In this document: one piece after another, positions 1 to 12,900 of the stretch
Layout: each line of letters begins with the position of its first letter
Position numbering within the stretch: the stretch's first letter is position 1
Assembly (NCBI GenBank): GCA_040954595.2
Contig: CM082577.2
Location: 4,574,201 to 4,638,200, forward strand
Length of the DNA: 64,000 nucleotides
Source of the DNA: Balanoglossus misakiensis
Lineage: Eukaryota; Animalia; Hemichordata
Reading direction: 5' to 3'
Translations under genes and position numbers: made by a program
The notes under the pieces: model-generated
The model's database searches: none
What the model saw: the letters and a program-made list of their open reading frames with translations, nothing else
What the model was told of the DNA's origin: nothing

Positions 1-1250
1 ACATAGCTCTAGTCAATGTGTGTGAACAGCTATCCCTGTTTTCAGATTAACATGGTCTATTTTCTTTTAAATTTCCATATGGACTTTATTTTCTCATTTA
101 CTTCAACCAGTTTCATTGTGCATGCAAATATGATAGCCTTGAGATGCTGCTGTAAAAAATTTGCCACTATTTTTGTAGCCATGTAATTTTTGACATTGTG
201 CCAATTGTATTCTTCCTTTCGTTGTGGTGCCGTCAACCATTGTTGATTTTGTTTTGAGACCATGTAACTTATGTACCTGCATTTTGAGTTGCACATATTT
301 TTGAGTAGTGTAATATTTTGCCATATGTTTGTGGGCTGGTTGTCATGATTAAAAAAATATACCAAGCTGCAAAATTGGTCCATTGTATTTTTTTTTACAT
401 AGCACTATAAAGGTAGTGTGAAGAAAGTAATATTGTACCGATATAAAATAATTCCAAATGTGTGTGTGTGTGTGTTCACATAGATTTTTATCCTTTATCA
501 GTCAGACTTGATCTGCCGAGAAATCAAAGTCTGGCAAAAAAACGGCAGTCTTAGTCATACAAGATTACCATTCATTTATTAGGAAAACCATGTATTTCAA
601 TTCTGTGCACACAGTCCTTTAAAAACAAATAGCCAGCAACAAATAAGGTATAGGCAGTTAGAAGTGCAGACCAACTTCGCAGCCAAAAAAGGCCCATTTG
701 CGCTCTCCTCAACTGCAGCCTGTATGGCATACAGTGAACAAAGTATTTTTCATCATACCACTAATTAGTAAGTTAGAGTTAGTACATTCTCATTTTGATT
801 GGTTCTGTAATGAACAAGTTATCAAAATAATATTTTGCAAGAAAGAATTCTAATAATGATTAAAGATATTTGTACTCGTTGGATTTACTGGGCAGTATTC
901 AGAATTCTGCTGAACTTCTATATTCATGATCCAGGGACTTAAGCTGAGCTCAAAACAAGATGGCAACATTCAAATTTACGCGATGGAATTAAGATACGAA
1001 AGCCACAGAGGAGTAGGAGAGAATTCCTTTGGGGGTTGTAAACAAACTGCAAAAGTAGGCAGTTTTTGTCGGCTACCAGCTCTGTAGTGTCACCACGTAC
1101 ATTTTGTATTTGTGCGCCTTTAAGCTATAACTCCTGGGGAAATGAACATTTGAGGGGAAAAATACTGCTTGTATCATAACCTGGGTAAGTGACATGATCT
1201 GGCTGCTTCTGACTGCATAAACCTGCAATAAATATTTTTAATGAACTGTA

Positions 1251-3277
1251 TTAATCGACCAGGGCCTTGACAGATTTGAATGCATCGTGGTCTTCGCATA
1301 AACGGAGCCACGTCTTGACATTGCTGGACGCTGCATGGGCTTGACCTGTCTGGTAGACGGCTGACCATGTGACTACATCGGCCAACGACAGCGAGGACCC
1401 CACCAGCCATTGGTTTTTCCCCAGGTGAGAATTCAGCGCCCTCATGGCTGACGCTTTCTCCTTGCCCGACCCTCCGATGAGAGTGTGGGTCGCTAGATCC
1501 AGCCACATATCAATCTGGGAGGCTAACTCGGCATTGCACTCGTATGACGGGTCGAGAAGACGAGCGAAATATCGGGCAATGTTGGCTTCTCCATGTATCG
1601 GCGTCTGGGATATTGGTGAAACATTCATTTCTGGGCCTTTCGACACTGCAACAGAAAAAGCGTCCAATGACAATTGAATTAGCATACGATTGTTCACCTA
1701 GCCTTTTGCCAAAGCGCCCTCTGTGGCCAGACTGGACACAAATTTCTGCTCCAACAGGAAGAGCATTCCAATATGGCAGCCAACACTGCAACTTCTCATG
1801 GATACATTCTGTATCATGCTTTTCTGATTTTCAGGGCATTTACGTGTCTGAGTCAATGTGTGTCTGAACTCAACATGATATGATAGGGATCTTTCTTTGA
1901 TCTCTTCCTTCGGATAGTAAACTCCGTATTTTACTAATAAGCCACACGTGCCTAAACAATAACATGCACACACTTTCCATGCATAACTTACCGTTTTTCC
2001 ATATAAGAGTAAATGCTAACTGAGCATTGCATCTGTCAGTGTCAGCCGATGACCCATTTAACAGACAACCCATGAGTTTGTCACTGACGTTTTCAACCGA
2101 TGAATGCACGTGGACCGACGTACAGGTACGTGCTCTGGGAGTCAGTAGTTGATGAAGTACAAAAACACTGAGAGGTGGGTTTTCAGGGTTGGCGTTGATG
2201 ACCACATCATGAAGGGTGTCATCCTGTGGAAGGGGGCACAAGACATTGACAAATTTACATACAATTTAGCTATTCATTTAATGACAGTGGCACTTAAACT
2301 GCATAGAAGATGATCAAAACAGCAAAATAAATGTGTCACAGAAATTAGTTTTACAAGAGAAGTGTGTACAGAGTAAAAACTTACCAATGCTATTGTGCTG
2401 GTAGATGGCGATGACACCACCGACGATGCCCTCGCTTGTGATTTGTGTGACAGGGTTTCAACTTCAGATTGTAATTTCTCTAATTTCTGCAATATTCGTT
2501 CCTGTCTTCTCTCCAGGGCAACCAATGGGTCGTCCTAAGAGGGACGAAATTGCAAAATGTTTAACTGAAGCATTTTTTAAATAAATCAAATTGGAGTTAC
2601 TGTGAAGGCGTAAATTGGTGTTTTATACAAAGAACTGACCATGAATCGGGGAGACATCTCCTATTGCCCTAACCATCATGCAAAGCTCAGGTGCATCCAC
2701 AGAAGCAAATGAGACATCACATTGGATTGGATGCATTGATTTAGAGAATACAATGAAAATTGAAATGATGCAATTTATCAGGAACACTAAACCAGATGGC
2801 ATGATCTCTGCATATCCTGAGTGTCCATGACACATGTAAACCCAGTGGTTTTACCATTCACCTCGAGCTACGGTTCTGCATCCAAGTGCAATCGTGTACC
2901 TCGCTGGGGACAGTGACTAACTGTAGCATATTGATCATAAACATCATGCACTCATTATAACTCATCATATCGACCACCAAACTGTCACATTATCATAAAA
3001 GGCGACACAGTTCCTATATCTACAGATCCAGACACAGTATACGCCGCATTTGCGTCTGCAAGGCACTGCACTATGGAGTCTGAGCTCAGCATGGTACACG
3101 CAATACGTTGCAACTTGCAAGCGCCGGTGCCCTTACCTCATCTACAACGCTCGCCGCTAACTCCGTATGTCGGTTGTCTGGATGGATGTTAGACATTTTA
3201 TATATACAGTTGGGGAGTTGTAAATCAATTTTCTTGTCGTAGACGGACTCAAGTTTATACATTCCGATATTATTCAT
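1251..3277 (-). CDS. AIMP2: Aminoacyl-tRNA synthetase complex-interacting multifunctional protein 2 (p38/JTV1); 4 coding exons: 3137-3277, 2385-2534, 1992-2223, 1251-1645
   Basis: N-terminal MYKLESVY..LPNCIYKMSNIH, coiled coil LERRQERILQKLEKLQSEV, DVVINANPENPPLS, and GST-like C-terminus PIHGEANIARYFARLL..SLSLADVVTWS. GT-AG junctions join in frame. Confidence 0.93.
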
Positions 3278-3823
3278 GATGCGAAGAAAAACCCGTCAAC
3301 ACATGCCGCACCGATCATTCAGCAGCCCGGTCGGTCAGCCGCAAAAAGGACAGAACTTTACGAAGTCTCGCGGCTATCCCAACGAGATCATCTTCAATAC
3401 GAGAATTAGAATGTGTCAAATGAATCTCAGAGAGCAGTTGCTATTGGCCGCTGAGGGCTTGTTTACAGACAATAGTTCAATGTTATCAACGATATCCACG
3501 ACCACTTGCTTGCAATTTTTCAATTTATTGTCCAATCTCAGTAATTCCATCACATAAGCTTTTTTCGTTCCACGTCAAATAACGTTGCAATCAAAATTTA
3601 TCAGGCAATGGATGATGTCAATTTTCCCATGTAACCAATCAACTCACTCGTTATGAAAAATAGTGAAACGAAAATCGTGCTTGGATTCAGTCAGATGTCG
3701 CCATTCCTCGAATGATCGTTAACTATTTCAGAAATAGTCTTGATTCGGTTCACCGCACAGACCAGGAATCAAGCAATAAGCATGTGCCCCAAGAAAGAAT
3801 TACCTGGCAATATGTTTACGCAC

Positions 3824-3859
3824 TGGTCACGTGACCATACAGGCGCTTGAAAATGGCGG
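3824..3859. promoter_or_regulatory. Perfect 14-bp palindromic E-box TGGTCACGTGACCA (3824-3837, USF/MiT-type) and a YY1-like AAAATGGCG, in the AIMP2/BPTF divergent promoter
   Basis: Motifs read directly. They lie between the two divergent start codons (3277 on -, 3999 on +). Function is inferred. Confidence 0.45.
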
Positions 3860-3998
3860 ACATCAAAATTCAACATGGAGGCTAAAAATAGAAGTGCCGA
3901 AATCCCGCTATCCCGTGAATGAGTGAGGTCAGATTCTTCAACATCCGGTAGATGAACCATTTTCCTTGGCATTTGTGCACAGATATTGGCATTTCAAA

Positions 3999-6900
3999 AT
4001 GAAACGTGGACGTGGAAGGCCACCGAAAAATCCCATTGTGCCTCTCGGATTCGGTCCTGGTGCAAAACGCAAGAAAACACTGCGCGATGCGGGAAGTGCA
4101 TCGAGTTCACGCTCTAGCACACCGGTAAGTAATATATCGACACCCCCAAGAAGTCGCACACCACGGGAACCGCGATTTGGCACCCGCCAGGCCGCCCAGA
4201 AGAGCAAGAAATTGATTGCTGAGGTCATCGGATGCGAAGATTCACTCGCAAGCAACGACGGCTTGGCGGATGCAAACCATCAGAATGTGGATAATGATTC
4301 CGAAACGGAATACAGCATAGATAGCTCCGACGCTGAAAGCGTGTATTCTGAAAGTAGTTTTCAGAGCTACAGCACCATCAGTAGCACACCAAGCAGACGG
4401 AGACTGAGAGCTCCCAGGCCCAGATCACCACCCCTCTTCCACGAAGAAAGGGAAATTCCCCCACTGGAACTTCCATGTTCATCCGACGATCTTTTGATAG
4501 ATAAAACACTGCTGTTAACAGTTGTCAGTGTATATGAAACACTCAGACATTTCAGACAACAGTTGAGATTAACAACATTCAGACTGGAGGATTTCTGTGC
4601 AGCTCTGCAAAGCCAAGAACAGTGTGCATTGTTGGCTGAAACCCACATAGCTCTGCTAAAATCATTGCTACGGGAGGAAGATGCAAATAGTACTACGTTT
4701 GGGCCACATGACATCAAAGACAGCATAAATATACAAATGTATTTCTTGGATGGCATGACCTGGCCTGAACTTGTACGTTGTTACATTGAGAGTGATTCAG
4801 AATTCCACCATGTCATACCGGCTGCGGAGAGCGAACACTATCCATATGGCAGCGTGAGTGACAAAATCAAGGTCCTTCAGTTTTTGACAGATCAGTTTCT
4901 CAGTTCAAACATTGTCAGGGAGGAAGTTATCAATGAAGGTGCGATTACCTATGATGATCATTGCCGTAACTGCCACAAGTTGGGGGATTTACTCTGCTGC
5001 GAGACATGTTCCGCCGTCTACCATTTGGAATGTGTCAATCCGCCGCTGGAAGAGGTACCGGAAGAGGACTGGAATTGTGAGGTTTGCCGAGAGAACCAAG
5101 TGTCTGGTGTAAATGACTGTGTTTCTGAAGTTGAAAAGAGTGGTCTACTAATAAGGCACGAACCAATCGGATACGACCGGCATGGAAGGAAGTATTGGTT
5201 CCTCTGCAGGCGAATTATTGTGTAAGTTCACATCAAGGAAAATTCCTTTTTGGGGTGTTGATGGTGATTGTGGCCAAAGATGGGCTGATAACCTGCAATA
5301 TCCTAACTAACTGACATTGACATTGTATTTCAGCCATTCATTCAGTAATTACCGAGATCTCTGTTTACAATGTATGTTGGAGCAGATGTGATGTTGCCAC
5401 TGGCTCTAATATATTACGTAAAATGCTGAGTCAGCACTTTTCTTGCACTCTCCATGCTATAGTTTTCCTATTGTGAAAATTTTATGTACAGTAACAGCTC
5501 TATAACATATTAAATAATTAAATTTAACTTAAATGTCTTTGATAAGGCTTTTGGCACCTTTTGTCAAAATTTTAAGAAAATTACAATATTGCAATTTTTT
5601 TCTCAAAATTCTACACATAAGGTCCATCCTTGGATGATAAACAAGGTTTATGAGCGTGGACACATCCATGGCTTATTTAGGAGAACATACATCTAGATAG
5701 TCCCAGAATAAAAAGAGATAAATTTCCGTGGGAATTTCTAAAAATATCACATCTAACATTGAGAAAAATAGCTGGTACATCACGGATGTGTGATGGTGGA
5801 GGGTTTTCTCACCTGTAACCATGTATTGCTTTGTTTGTTACAGTGAGGGGGAAGAAAATGTGTGGTACTACAGTACCAAGTTTCAGCTGGAAGAATTGAT
5901 GAAGTGTCTGGATGCCAGAGATTGGGAGTCTGACCTCTGCCGGGCGCTCGGAGATCAAATGCCGGAAATTGTGGAATATATGAATAAGACGGAGCACTTA
6001 ACCAACCAAGCCAGGGGCAATGTCAGATCCGCCCTGGATGCTGCAAATGGTAGGGCTTTCCTCTTTCTTTGGTGGCATTTCTCAAGAGTTGCAAGAAAGA
6101 AAACACAAATATTCTGTTTTAGTGAGTGTCAGAGCTCTGCCCTCTTGTGCATAAATGATAAAAAGAGACATTTTGTTTATATAATTTCAGGCACTTTTTC
6201 TTAAAATTTATGAACACAATTTGAAGACACTGGCAATAATTTATGATTTAACCTTTTTCAACAATGATGGAGTGTGAATTACTTGTCAAGCAAATAGTCA
6301 CAATTTGGTGACATTTAAGCTTTGTTTACATGTTGCTAGAATAACAGTCCTTGCAACCTTTTCTTGCAGAAAAAATACAGAAAGAGAGAATTGAGAGAGA
6401 GGAGAGACAAAAGGCGGAAGAGGAAAAAAGGAAAGAGGAAGAAGAGAGACGAAAACAGGAGAGTGAAGAGAAAGAAAAGGCGGCCTCAAGTCCAAATGAT
6501 CAGGCGACAGTTGTTACGAATAGCAATGATACGGAAAAAGAGACAACGGAACGCACAACCTCTGAAGATGACAAAGCGGCAGAGGAAAGATCTGCAGACG
6601 CCGATTCTAAGACGGAGGAATCGAGTAAAGAGGAGGCGCCCGCTCGAAAGCCGGACAAGGAGACTGAAGGAGATGCTGACCAAGAGAAAACTGAGGCGGA
6701 CACCAAAGTGGTCAGCGTCCAGTCGCTCAAGCCAGGCGTTACCAAGAGAATTCTGGACGTGCGGGAGGCCGAGGAGTCCAGCGACGCGAAAAAGTCCAAC
6801 GATGACGACGCGGCTGCCAAAGGCACTCCCGCGACAAAGACCGTCGTGTTCCTCAACAAGGACGGCACCAAACTAACATATGCAATATCGGCCGGCGTCA

Positions 6901-9900
6901 ACACGAAGACGACCACGACGGCGGCGTCGGGCGACGGCGCAAAGAGCCTGTCTTCCACGGCAGAGTCTAAAGGCAGCTCGAAGAGCGACGGGAAAGAACC
7001 GGAAAAGAAAGAAGAAGGTGGCAAAGAGGCGAAGACTGAGGAGGAAGGTGGCAAATCGGACGACAAAGGCAAGAGCTCGCCGCCAACATCGGGCATAATG
7101 ACGAGATCGCGAAACCCCAATTACAAGCCGCCGCCACCGAAGACTACGTCGTTTATCACGTATTCGTCTTCCTCGAAGTCGGTGAAAACGTACCCGGGAA
7201 TCACAACCGCCGGCAAGGCCACCACCACCACCACGGCAGGCAACAACGACACCATCCTGGTCATCAACGCGCAGGGCGAAATCACGCGCGTCAACACCAC
7301 CAAGAACGCGGACGGCACCCTGACCATCAACGCCAAGAACGCCGAGCTGTTCGCCAAGAACCAGCAGGTGTTCAAGCTGGGCATGGAGGGCAACTACAAG
7401 CTGTACAAGAACTTCTACGCCACCATGACGCTGGGGCTCAACAAGCCGCAGCACAACGAGGACCGGGACAAGCGGCGCCACCTGTCGCACAAGTTCAGCC
7501 TGACGCAGCTCAGCGAGTTCAAGTGGAACGGCACGGTGTACGGCTCGCGGGTGCTGACCGTCTCCACGCTGCGGCTCAGCATCACGCAGCTGGAGAGCAA
7601 CATCGCCGCCCCGTTCCTGCACTCCAACTGGGTGGTGCACCGCAACAACTGGGTCAAGGCGGTGCACATGTGCAGCACGCCCCGGGAGTTCGCCCTGGCT
7701 CTGGCCATTCTGGAGTCGGCCATCAAGCCGGTCATCTTCAACTCTGTCTGGAACGAAAACCTCGGCCACACCAGGATGCAGCGCCTGACGGTCATGGAAA
7801 GAGAAGAGAAGAAGAAGGCAGAGAAGAAGGGTCAAGACGACACGGAGATCGACCGAAGTCACTGGGTCAGATATACTTTCCCGTTGAGACATCAGGTAAA
7901 GTACACCTCAGTCAAGACACTTAAATATATGTATGCGTACCCTGTGCATCCCCTAAGACAATCCGACTTGTTACTGATGGAAAAAATCTTAATTGCCAAG
8001 TTTTCCTCTCTAATTTTTGTCCTCATCAGGTGTGGAAGCAGAAAGGAGAAGAATACCGTTACCTGAGCGGTGACGGTTGGCGATGGACAAGTTCGGTCAG
8101 AAGGAAACGAACTCTGCCAACACCAAGCCCTGCCAAAATTGCCCTGGACAAAAGCATTGCTAAATCCAGTGATAAAAGCGTTACTAAATCCAGCGATAAA
8201 AGCACAGCTCAATCCAACCATCCCAAGTATCAAAATGGTAAGTGTGGTACTTGCTGAGTCGTGCCTCCCAATGTTGTGTTTTGTGTTGCCTAGGGGCTCC
8301 CTGGGTAAAGGTTTCCGTTTTTTAACTTTGCAGAGCGGCAAGTTAGTTGCTAAGTGTTTCCATGTACTGTGGCATTCACCCTTCGTTTCTTATTGTCATC
8401 TCCCCCACAGTGTTTGAAATGTTTACTGGCATCGATAAAGCATCAGCAGACACCAAGGATGCGATCGTGAAGAAGGAAGACGCAGGGGAAGTCAAATCAG
8501 AGAAGGAAAATACAGACGAACCTGTAACCAAGAAGGCCAAGGTGGAAGGCGACAAAGAGAAGGAGGCCATGGACGCAGCGCTGGTGAAAACGGAGAAAAG
8601 CGAAGTGGAAGGGGTCGAGGTGAAAAAGGAGAAGAAAGAGCCGAAAGCAGAGCCGGTAGAAGTCGGTGACAAGGGGAAAGCGATCTCCATAAAAACGGAA
8701 GATATGGACGACGGCGTCATCATGGTCAGCAAGGGCCTGGCGGAGCACACCGTGTACAAGAGGATCGGGCGGCGGCCGCGCCTGGACGGGTTCCTCGACC
8801 GGAGGTTGAGACAGCACGCCTCGGAGCTGAAGGAGTACGAGGAGAAGATGAAGAAGTACTTGGCGTACACCAAGGCGATGGAGGAGAAGAAGAGGTTGGA
8901 GGAACAGATCGCAAACGAGAAGAAAAAAGCGGCGGCGGCGGGCAACGGCGGAAAGGGCGCGACTGGGACCGTCCAACACGGCTCGACAGCGGCTGTCAAG
9001 AAAGAACCTGTCGACGGAACTAATCCGGCCACCACAGTCAAGAAAGAAACTACGCCAGTTGCCATCATGAACGGACAGAAAGTGAAACGGGAGGCAGGTG
9101 ATACGAAGACATTTACACGGTGTTATTCGCCAATGTGTGAGCAGAGTAGCAAGTCGTTCGCGTGCTACTCGGCCGTGTGCAAAAGCAGACAATGCGACCA
9201 AAAGACGACTGTGGGTGGCGGGGCGGCGACCGACGCCAAGTGTGTCGTCGCGTCGACAGCGGCAAATTCAAGTGCCATGAACACTTCGAGCAACTCGCTC
9301 AATTCGTGCGGTGTGTCAGCTCCAGGTTGTAACAAAAATAGCATTCCAGCAGACGTGACCGGGACGAGCGCGAGCAAGCTGTCAAACAGCGTTGCCACGA
9401 CGGCCGCGCCCTCAAAGCCGTTGATGTCGCCAACTGTTACACCCAAACTGACTCTGACTTCTCAGGTTCCTCCAGGCCCAGCTACGACAACGACAACTCC
9501 GTTAGCAAAGGGCCCATCTGTCAACAGCCAGCCTTCGGTCACAAACACACTGCCTAAAACAGCAGCTTCCCCGATATCTGCATCGCCTAGTAGTCTAAGT
9601 ATTCCATCCACTACAAGCCAGCCACCTTCACTGTCCATTCCAAAACCGAACATGAATATACTGATCCCCCACAATGCTCCCAAGGTTGCCTCGACGTCGG
9701 TCGTCACCACCAGCAGTCCTACCGTGATAAGCGGACTCAACGTAGGCCTCGGCAGCAAAGCTATCGTGACCTCGCCTGTCAGCGTCACGGCGGGCTCCAC
9801 GCCATTTACGAATGCACTCACCTTCACTAGTACTAAAACTATCATGCGGACCGTCCCCTCGATAGCGACGACCGCCACTACGGCGACGGGAAACAAAACA

Positions 9901-12900
9901 CTGGTGATCACCGGCCAGGGCGGGGCCGCAGCGGCCAAGCTTGTGATCGCCAGCGGCGCCGCGACCATGACTGCGGGCAGAGCGGTCACGGTGTGCACCA
10001 ACACGACCGCCGTCGGCACGGTGACGACCAATGCAATCAGCTCGCTCATGAAGTCGATAAGTACAACACTAGTGCCTGTGGAGCCGCCGGAGAAGATGTC
10101 CACCAAGAAGCGCAGTCGCCTGGCCAGGTTCTCCCGCTCGCGCAAGGCCACCAAGAAACTGGCCAAGCCCCTGCCCACCTGCTGCAAGTTCGCCACCCGG
10201 GGCAAGCTGAAGAGCATCTTCGTGCTGCGCCCGGAGGAGCTGCGGAAGATCTGCCGGAAGGGCGGCCGCTACGAGGTCCCCTCCTTCAACTACAACGCCA
10301 AAGTGACGGGCATGAACTGGAACTACCCGGCGCCGCGGCCCCGATTCCAGACCTCGTGGAGGTACAGGGTTCAGACCATACGCTCGCTGTCGGCCGCCGG
10401 TCTGCTCTTGCGGATTATGTGGGCCAGTTTGCGGTGGGACGACATGGCAGTGAAGCCAGGATTCGGTGGGACGACCACCATCACCACAGATGAAGATATC
10501 ACCACGACAGAGATTATCAAGAAACGAGATGTCCCTCCCGATAATCTGCGCTCAGAGTACATGGTCAGGAAAATTATTTGTCCCATCGGGGGACCAAGCA
10601 GAGATGGTGAGTCTGGAGGGGTTGACAGAATTCTGTGTGGGTAGTGACGTAGACCTGTTTGTATCTTGTGCATTCAGCAGAATGTCAAGATGAACTTCTA
10701 CCATGTTAAGAAGATGTTTCTAAGCACTATGGATGTATCATAGCAGCATTTTGTAGCGTGAAATAAAACTACACAAACACAATCTATTATGTACTTTGCC
10801 TTACAGAAGAATACAAACCTCAACGTAAAGGACTGCGATCCAGCTCCAGAACGCCAAAAAGTCTTGTCGAGAAAAAACCTAAAGGACCTCAGGTGATTGA
10901 GACGTGGACTCCAGAAGAGGATCTGGAACTCTGGGAAATCAGGCAGTTTTATGAAAAGTAAGCAAATGGCGTTGTGAATGTTCTGTGTGCTAAAACTGAC
11001 TTGTGTGATTGCGAGGGGAGGCTAGACTAGCAACCTGACCTGTCAATCACATTGCGATTTCAGGATGGAGAAGCAACAGCAGATGGCCAAGGAGAAAATT
11101 GCCAAACAGGACGCCGACAAGAAAGTTCAAGAGGTCAAAGATCAGTTTGAGATGCAGCTGAAACTGCAAAGACAGGCAATGCAACAGGTATGTAGCAAAG
11201 GAAAAATTTTGACATGATTGGTTCAGACTGTTGATATTATGTTGGCATGGAAACCTTGTGAATTTTGTATGTGTGGGCAAATTCAATACGGTAGTTTTCA
11301 CAGGGTATCAGTATCTGTTGTGCCGTTATAAAAAGTATTCACCACATACGAGTAGGTATCCTCTTTAATATATTGTTCGTACCCAACACAGAAACGTTTA
11401 CAGCAAGACACGCCCAAAACCACGGGTGCAGTGGTGTCGTCGACGACCAAATCCACTAACCCTGTCTACACCACCGTGTTGACCCAAGCCAAGTACACCC
11501 TGACCACGGCCAAAGTGACCGCCACGCCGACCATGACGGTGACCACCATCGGCGTGACCCTTGCCACGGGCACCCTGCCCAGCACTGTGGTCACCACGGC
11601 GGCGAGCGGGGCTGCCACGACGACGATACGCACCATACCTGCCAAGGGCAAGATTGTGCAGCCGCAGATGCAAGCCAAAATAATCACCATGTCGCTGACT
11701 GGTAAGTCCTGGATGTGTAGTTTCGGTCTGTTGTTTATTTTGCCGGACCAGATCTTCTAAGAGGGCTGACTGCTGAATATGGAAGAGGATCTAAAAAAAG
11801 GGGGATAATCATTACATGATACCAGGATTTTTGTATCAAATTTTTGAATTCCGTTGAAATTATAAATGTTCTCCTAGGACTGTTCGAGAGCATTGGCCAT
11901 TACCCTATAAAACTTTCATAGAATACTGCAGAAACTCGTTAACATTGCGGTTAGTTGCATTGTCGTGCCAATTGGCTAATGCTGTATCAGAAATTCTGGG
12001 GAGAAATGCTGAAACCTCCAGTTCAAATGCCATACTTGAGACTGACATGAATTACAATGTTTCAGGCACCACTCCAACTCTTCCAAAACTGAGCACGGCG
12101 GGCTCCAACATATCCGTGGTAACCACCAAGCAGTTCCCGGCATATCAACCCAAGACCGTCATCGCCACAGCCGCTGCGACGCCCAGCTCGTCGACGGTCA
12201 CGGCCACCGGCACCACCGTACTGACCGCGGGCAAAACGGGCCAGACCTTGCCCACCGGCACGTTCGTCCTGCGCCAGCCCGTGGCCATCCGCACCCCGAG
12301 CGGACAGATCCAGGTTCTCCAGCCGGGCCAGATTATACAGACGACCACCGGGCAGGCGCACCTCATCAGGAGCCAAGGGGCGGCCACCCAGAGCCAGCTC
12401 CAAGGTCAGAGGCTGATAGCGCCCAGTCAGATCCAGGTCAGGGGTCAGACGCAAGTGATCCGGGCTGCCACGCCCGCTCAGGCGACCGTTGGGGGCACCA
12501 CGACTGTGCAGAGGTTGATACTGCAGACACCTATTGCTGCAGCTGCGTCAGTTGCTGTCACTGCCCCGACTACAACTCTGGGTATGTTGAATCACTTCTT
12601 CTTTTTTAAGTGTGACTTCGCTGACGTTCGTGAGCCTTGTGAATCACTGGAACAAATTTTTCTCTACATTTTTCAGTCGCAGCAGCATCGCAGCCAACAA
12701 CGACCCAGCTCGCCCAGCCCGCAGTAGTGACAGTGTCGTCATCGCAGGCCCAGACGCTGCAGCAGAAACTACTGGCCTTACAACAGCAACAACAACAACT
12801 ACAGCAGCAGCAGCAACAACAACAACAGCAGCAGCAACAACAACAACAAATCAAACAGCAGCAGGTCCAGCAACTGCAGCAGTTGGCGAGCATCCAGGGG

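Noticed and set aside
2623-2720. AIMP2 intron-1 ORF ending ELCMMVRAIGDVSPIHGQ, faintly like last-exon EMNVSPISQTPIHGE
   Set aside because: The match is essentially PIHG only, sits in the wrong position for an alternative exon, and has no convincing splice sites; likely chance.
6500-10217. Long antisense ORFs (206-339 aa) opposite BPTF
   Set aside because: Shadows of GC3-rich, low-complexity coding sequence with no domain features.
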